Of a stretch of 43,297 bases of DNA, positions 37,822 through 43,297 are shown piece by piece. Position 1 is the stretch's first letter. Each line of letters begins with the position of its first letter. The notes below the pieces were generated by a model. The model was not told where the DNA came from. It did no database searches and worked only from the letters and a program-made list of their open reading frames with translations. A program made the position numbers and the translations under genes. This stretch comes from Octopus bimaculoides. Its lineage: Eukaryota. The stretch covers positions 11,250,404-11,293,700 of the forward strand of contig NC_068985.1 of the NCBI RefSeq assembly GCF_001194135.2. Direction: 5' to 3'.

Positions 37822-37995
37822 AAGACCTCCTCCTCCTCATTATCTTACACCACGTGTCACATTCATTATGATCGTTATCATCATGATCTTCATCATTATC
37901 ATTCCCATCATCATCATCCTCATTATCAACATCGTCGTGGTCGTCACCGTGGTTATCGTCGTTGTCGTCGTCGTGGCCATCGTCATCATTATCAT
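37822..37995. repeat. Imperfect (CAT/CGT)n trinucleotide repeat
   Basis: Explains the His-rich and Ile/Val-rich ORFs 37819..38145 and 37868..38098. Confidence 0.9.
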
Positions 37996-38033
37996 ATTTG
38001 TTTCCTCTTTCTCATCGTATTACCATATCAGGC

Positions 38034-38212
38034 TTTCTACAGTGGAACATCCAAGTTTTTTTGCAGAGAGAGGGAGGAAAGGCCACACCAGTACTTGAGT
38101 GGTGCTTTAATTTATCGATCACGGAATGATGCAAAGCTAGTTTGATCTCAACGAGATTGCAGCTGAAAACGTAATTCGGGCGGAGTAAATACAGCGATTC
38201 TGACAGTTCAAT
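38034..38212 (-). mobile_element. Degenerate family-A SINE
   Basis: ctttctac...caccagtact...ggtgctttaatttatcgatcacggaatgatgcaaag...cgattctgacagttc resembles the reverse complement of the family-A tail, core and head. Confidence 0.55.
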
Positions 38213-39979
38213 GGTTAAGCATAGAAAAGAACTAACGTCGGGTAAAAATTAATAATACTTATTATAATCGCAATTGTTGCTGTTGTTGCTGTTAATGTTA
38301 TTTGATCTTTGGGTTTTGCTTACATGTTTATTGATGTCAAATCGTGTGTTAAATCAAATCTTGTTTTATCACGAGTAAATCATTACGCGAATAATGATAA
38401 ACACACGCACTGGTTTAATTTCACTTCGCTATTGTTAGTTAATATATTATCTTAACAACCAAATCTTCGATCTCTTGCTTAATCTGTTGGTTAAATAATC
38501 AATCAGTTGCTGACAAAAGCCTTGTCGTCGCAATTTGTGACCTCATCTTCGATATGTCTTCTCTACTCCATACCTGATTCAAGTTTGTATGAAAATTACT
38601 CCTTAACTTATCTACATATGCAGCTGTGGTCACTTACAAGAGAATGGAATTGGGAGAATTTTGGACGTGCATCTGTCTGTGATTATGTGTGTGTATGTGA
38701 CACGAGTACGTGTCCATGTGTGTGTGTGCGCTCGCATGTATGCGTATGTGTGTGAGTTGCTGATCTATGATCACTTTAGTGATTTGTTCCCTCTATTCCA
38801 GGTCAAATCAGCTTCAAAACTGCCTGTCAACCCGTAAATATTTATGGATGCATTGTAGTTCGTTATGTGAAAGGACTTTGAAAAGCAATTGACTGAGTGT
38901 TTAACTAACTAATTATGCAAATAATCGCTTAGTTAGTTGCTTAGATAACCCACAACTGGCTACCAATAAAAGTGTGAATTCGACTCACTTAGTGTGTATA
39001 TTTTTATTAGCGTAATGCTCCCACCAGTATATAAAAAGAGATTATTATTAATTAATTAGAGCCCTTTCAGTTTAACAACCAGAATTAAATATCGTGTTAA
39101 AGTATTCTCAACATCAATAAAACAGATATTTAAGAGTTGATAAATGGATATCTTTATATTCCCATACTCCACAAAATAAAATCGTTTACAGATAAATAAA
39201 ACTGCTTCAATTCGTCTTAATTACTTGGTGAAACATGATATTCAAGATACAACTAACATTACAGAAATAACTGGTCAAATAAGATATAAAATTAGATTGT
39301 TAAGTGGAATGATTACTGATAAAAGTAAGGATGTGATAAATGTGACAAAAAGTCATAATGGAAACGCACATTTTATGATTTAACTTTAAAAATATATCAA
39401 GAAGCATTTAGTTTTTAAATCGTTGTTTACTCAAAATTGTAATGGAGTAACTTTTGATAGTTTAATGTTTTCAACGGTTTTTGTGAAACGGTAAAAGACA
39501 AGTTAATATATTTTAACGAGCGCGTAGCACACGTGATTGAAATGAAGGAAGTGTCGGTCTTACGATACTTCGTGATGGATGATGCAGTATGGAGACACGA
39601 AAAATTATAGGTTTTAAAATATTACAATGAATATGTATAACAATAGATAGCATTTAAGATATAATTATTTCTACGTTCGAAAAAATGCAACTATATATTG
39701 AAACTTGAAGTATTATACTTCATCAATAAGCATATTCTCAATTCTCAACATGTATAATGTGTTATTGGGGGCCTTTAAAGAACTGTAGAATTACTTCAGA
39801 TATATATATATAGCACGTATGTATAATTTGACTTTATATCTCATTGTCAATCCCTTTATAGTTAATGTTATATAAACTTGTGCTTTTCTTGTAAGCTTTC
39901 AGAAGGCTTCACTTTCATTCATTAGAAAAACACAAAAGTGAACGCACTAAAATATGTATTTCCCTCTTGAATATCTCTC

Positions 39980-39989
39980 TCTCTATATG

Positions 39990-40021
<32 letters not shown>

Positions 40022-40027
40022 TGTATG

Positions 40028-40060
<33 letters not shown>

Positions 40061-40069
40061 GTATGTATG

Positions 40070-40139
<70 letters not shown>

Positions 40140-40520
40140 TGTATGTATATATATNNNNNNNNNNNNNNNNNNNNNNNNNNNNNNNNNNNNNNNNNNNNNN
40201 NNNNNNNNNNNNNNNNNNNNNNNNNNNNNNNNNNNNNNNNNNNNNNNNNNNNNNNNNNNNNNNNNNNNNNNNNNNNNNNNNNNNNNNNNNNNNNNNNNNN
40301 NNNNNNNNNNNNNNNNNNNNNNNNNNNNNNNNNNNNNNNNNNNNNNNNNNNNNNNNNNNNNNNNNNNNNNNNNNNNNNNNNNNNNNNNNNNNNNNNNNNN
40401 NNNNNNNNNNNNNNTATGTATGTATGTATGTATGTATGTATGTATGTATGTATGTATGTATGTATGTATGTATATGTATGTATGTATATGTATATGTATG
40501 TATATATGTATGTATGTATG

Positions 40521-40553
<33 letters not shown>

Positions 40554-40592
40554 ATGTATATATGTATATATATGTATGTATGTATATATATG

Positions 40593-40625
<33 letters not shown>

Positions 40626-40642
40626 ATGTATATGTATGTATG

Positions 40643-40704
<62 letters not shown>

Positions 40705-40800
40705 TATATATATATATGTATGCACACATTCACGCGTGTGTTTGTATGAATAATTGTATGCATCTCTGTCTGTCTATCTATCTATCTATATATATATGTT
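39980..40800. repeat. (ATGT)n/(AT)n compound microsatellite spanning gap 40155-40414
   Basis: Direct inspection; all ORFs between 39915 and 40817 are artefacts. Confidence 0.95.
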
Positions 40801-41819
40801 TGTTTGCATCTGTATGATTATGTAAGTGTTTTGTTGGAACTCTTTGCTTCGATTTTATGCCTTACAATGAAACGGATGATGCAAATATTTGTATCTAATA
40901 TCCGTAATTACCACAACAGCAATAAAATAATTATAATAATATTAATAGTTATAATGTTTTAATTATTCGCATATTAATTGCCAATTTTGTTATTTAGCAG
41001 TGAGCTAAAAGCTTATTTCGTAATTATACCGACATTACAGTTGAACTACAGCATATGGAGCGGATACGGTAAGAAGTTCTAGACCAGATTAATACTAATT
41101 ATTACATCTGGAGCGACACAAACATTCCTGCAAGGATATCATCAAATTAATTTCAAGTAACTACGGGGATTTCAAGAAAAAAATCATTATGAAAGAGAAA
41201 CTGAAGGCATTGTTAGGACACTTACGTGATGTATGTTGACACGAGCCTTTCTGTTTTTCACAATCAATTGGTAACTGAGTATTCTCTTTAATTTGGGCAA
41301 GCTTGTTACTCCTCAACCTTTTTGCCTGTTTACCTTTCAACAATTACATTACTATTTAAAAATTCTATACACATATTTTCCAAGTACACTAATTCTTGCT
41401 TGAAATCAAGAAAAGTCTGATTTATTTCTCAAATAATCATAATAATAATCATAATAATCATAAAGATAATAATAAACTAATAATAATTAAAAACTAATAA
41501 TAATAATAATAATAATTATTATTATTTTCATAAGAGCACTGTCGCTGTGAATTTTCTTAACCTTTTCCCTGTTTTTTATTCGTTTATTTTTCTATAAAAA
41601 CAATTTTTTTCGTCTTTCTCTCTGTCTTCCTTTTTTTCTTTATCACATGACTCTGTAAATGTACAATGTGGTGTGTTTGTTTTAATGGCCTACCAATGTA
41701 TACAATACGTTTCTCTGCCCTAAGTGTCAGGAAGACACTCGGAAAGAAATGGAAACAGAATTGAAAGATGCGAATGAAAATAGTAATAATAATAATAATA
41801 ATCAATAACAACAATATAG

Positions 41820-42035
41820 GTCTCAAAAATAAATATCTTAATAGATGTCCAAAGCATTTGGCATCTAAGAGCGAAAACTGTACCTGTGATCATGGATTTT
41901 TTGTGGAGATGGGTTACAACCAAATAGCATTCAGAAACGCCATGGCAAAAACTTATAAGGTTCCAAAGAATTAGAACTACGAAAATTGTTCTCGTGTGTT
42001 CTTGCCACATCCTAACGAAACTCTCAATTTACGAA
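41820..42035 (+). mobile_element. R4/Dong-type (restriction-like endonuclease) LINE C-terminal relic
   Basis: IDVQSIWHLRAKTVPVIM (41841-41894) and KIVLVCSCHILTKLSIY (from 41982) match the RLE C-terminus IE..RMWHLK...PV..GALG...QKIVL.GTAHILRKVL (matched from memory). Confidence 0.7.
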
Positions 42036-42202
42036 TTCATGTTTCTCATAAAACTCTTGCAAACGCGAAATATTACAAATTTAACAGAATCTTAGTTTTC
42101 AGAATCTTATGTTCTTTTCATACAATATAACATGGTTAACCATCAATTGTACTCATTCTGGAACAGCCCGCACAATCAAAGCAGCAAAAACGGAAATACA
42201 AA

Positions 42203-42416
42203 AATCTTTTTTCACATTTTCCCACAAGGCCAGCATCGTTAGGAAAAGGGGATAGTTGATTACATCAATCACATTTTTTGAATATTATTTCATTTTATCA
42301 TTCTCGAAAGGATGAAAACCAAAGTTGACCATGGGATCATTAGAATTCAGAACATTGAGAGCTGGAAGAAATAGCTCTGAGCCTCTTCCGATGTATTGAC
42401 GATTCTGCCATTCGCC
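42203..42416 (-). mobile_element. Degenerate family-A SINE
   Basis: cacaaggcc tail; ttttatcattctcgaaaggatgaaaaccaaagttgacc core; gacgattctgccattcgcc head. Confidence 0.7.
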
Positions 42417-42419
42417 AAC

Positions 42420-42520
42420 TTAATGATAACAATAATGATAGTAATAATAATAATGATCATAATAGTAGTAATAATGATAATGATAATGAAATGGTAATAA
42501 TAATGGTAATGAGGGTAAAA

Positions 42521-42555
<35 letters not shown>

Positions 42556-42590
42556 GTAATAATAATAATGATATAATAATAATATAATTT
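42420..42590. repeat. Imperfect (AAT)n repeat
   Basis: Direct inspection. Confidence 0.9.
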
Positions 42591-43266
42591 TTATTTTCAA
42601 ATTTTTGTTGGCGGAATAAAATATCCTTAAACAGAAATGTACTCAGGTTAAAGTTTAATAAAATGAAATATCTATAATGGTTGGTTTGAAGTCACACAAA
42701 ATCCATGTTTGTAGGTGAAACTGGGCCAAAAATTAAAAATAATCAAACAGCTAGTTTTACCGGTGTTACATTAACTTCGACTTATACAATATACACATCA
42801 TATACAATGGGTTACATCGCAGATAAAACAAAAATATATTTGCAATATGGTAGGAGTTTTATGATCAATTAACAGAAACAAAGTAATATGAAAAATAAAT
42901 CCATTATTAAACAACGAATAACGAAATATTCATACACCAGTAGCACATGAAATTCAGCTTGGCAATACAATAAAATATGTCAAATTAATTGAAGTTTAAA
43001 ATAAAAAAGAATAAGTATGACGTCACACAAAAGCCGAAAAATATATAATAATTATCATAAAACTTGAAAACAAATAAAAATTGACGCTATCTAATTTGTT
43101 GCCAAAGGGTAAATGTGTATGTTCATTCAGGATATTTACAGTAGTCATTGCTGTCCTCTCAGAAGTCTTTATTTTCTTGTTGTAGTTAATGCTGAAGTTG
43201 AACGATTTTTGCATGTTTGGAAATGCTTCGTGTCGTTAATAGATGTGAATGTTTTGTGTATATATA

Positions 43267-43297
<31 letters not shown>

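Noticed and set aside
38903-38938. Perfect 10-bp hairpin aactaactaa/ttagttagtt around an octamer
   Set aside because: Low-complexity stem; several are expected by chance in 43 kb of AT-rich DNA
41226-41333. Possible minus-strand exon GKQAKRLRSNKLAQIKENTQLPIDCEKQKGSCQHTS with donor gtaagt
   Set aside because: The acceptor lacks a pyrimidine tract and reads equally well as a donor; no recognisable homology

Overview
Eukaryotic, AT-rich, microsatellite-dense sequence from a draft assembly with nine N-gaps. The SINE and LINE families look like those of an octopus genome; this is inferred from recognising the repeats, not from a database search. I found no host gene I can support. Most ORF-track entries are artefacts of microsatellites, N-gaps or antisense readings of transposons. 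The window holds relics of Tx1/L1, RTE, Jockey/CR1-type, R4/Dong-type and Penelope-like retroelements. It also has three tRNA-derived SINE families, a mariner relic, a pogo/Tigger-type MITE with a nested foldback element, and a small hairpin MITE. The most striking structure is at 18840-22045. One tRNA-derived SINE is split inside its head, between the A- and B-boxes, by two head-to-tail Tx1-clade elements. A copy of the same short target motif, (c/t)GGTAT(tt/aa)CG(t/g)CT, sits at all three junctions. The first element carries only ORF1; the second is internally deleted. Both end in the same hairpin+AAGAAAT tail as a neighbouring copy of that SINE family. This suggests a site-specific Tx1 lineage whose target is the SINE it also mobilises.
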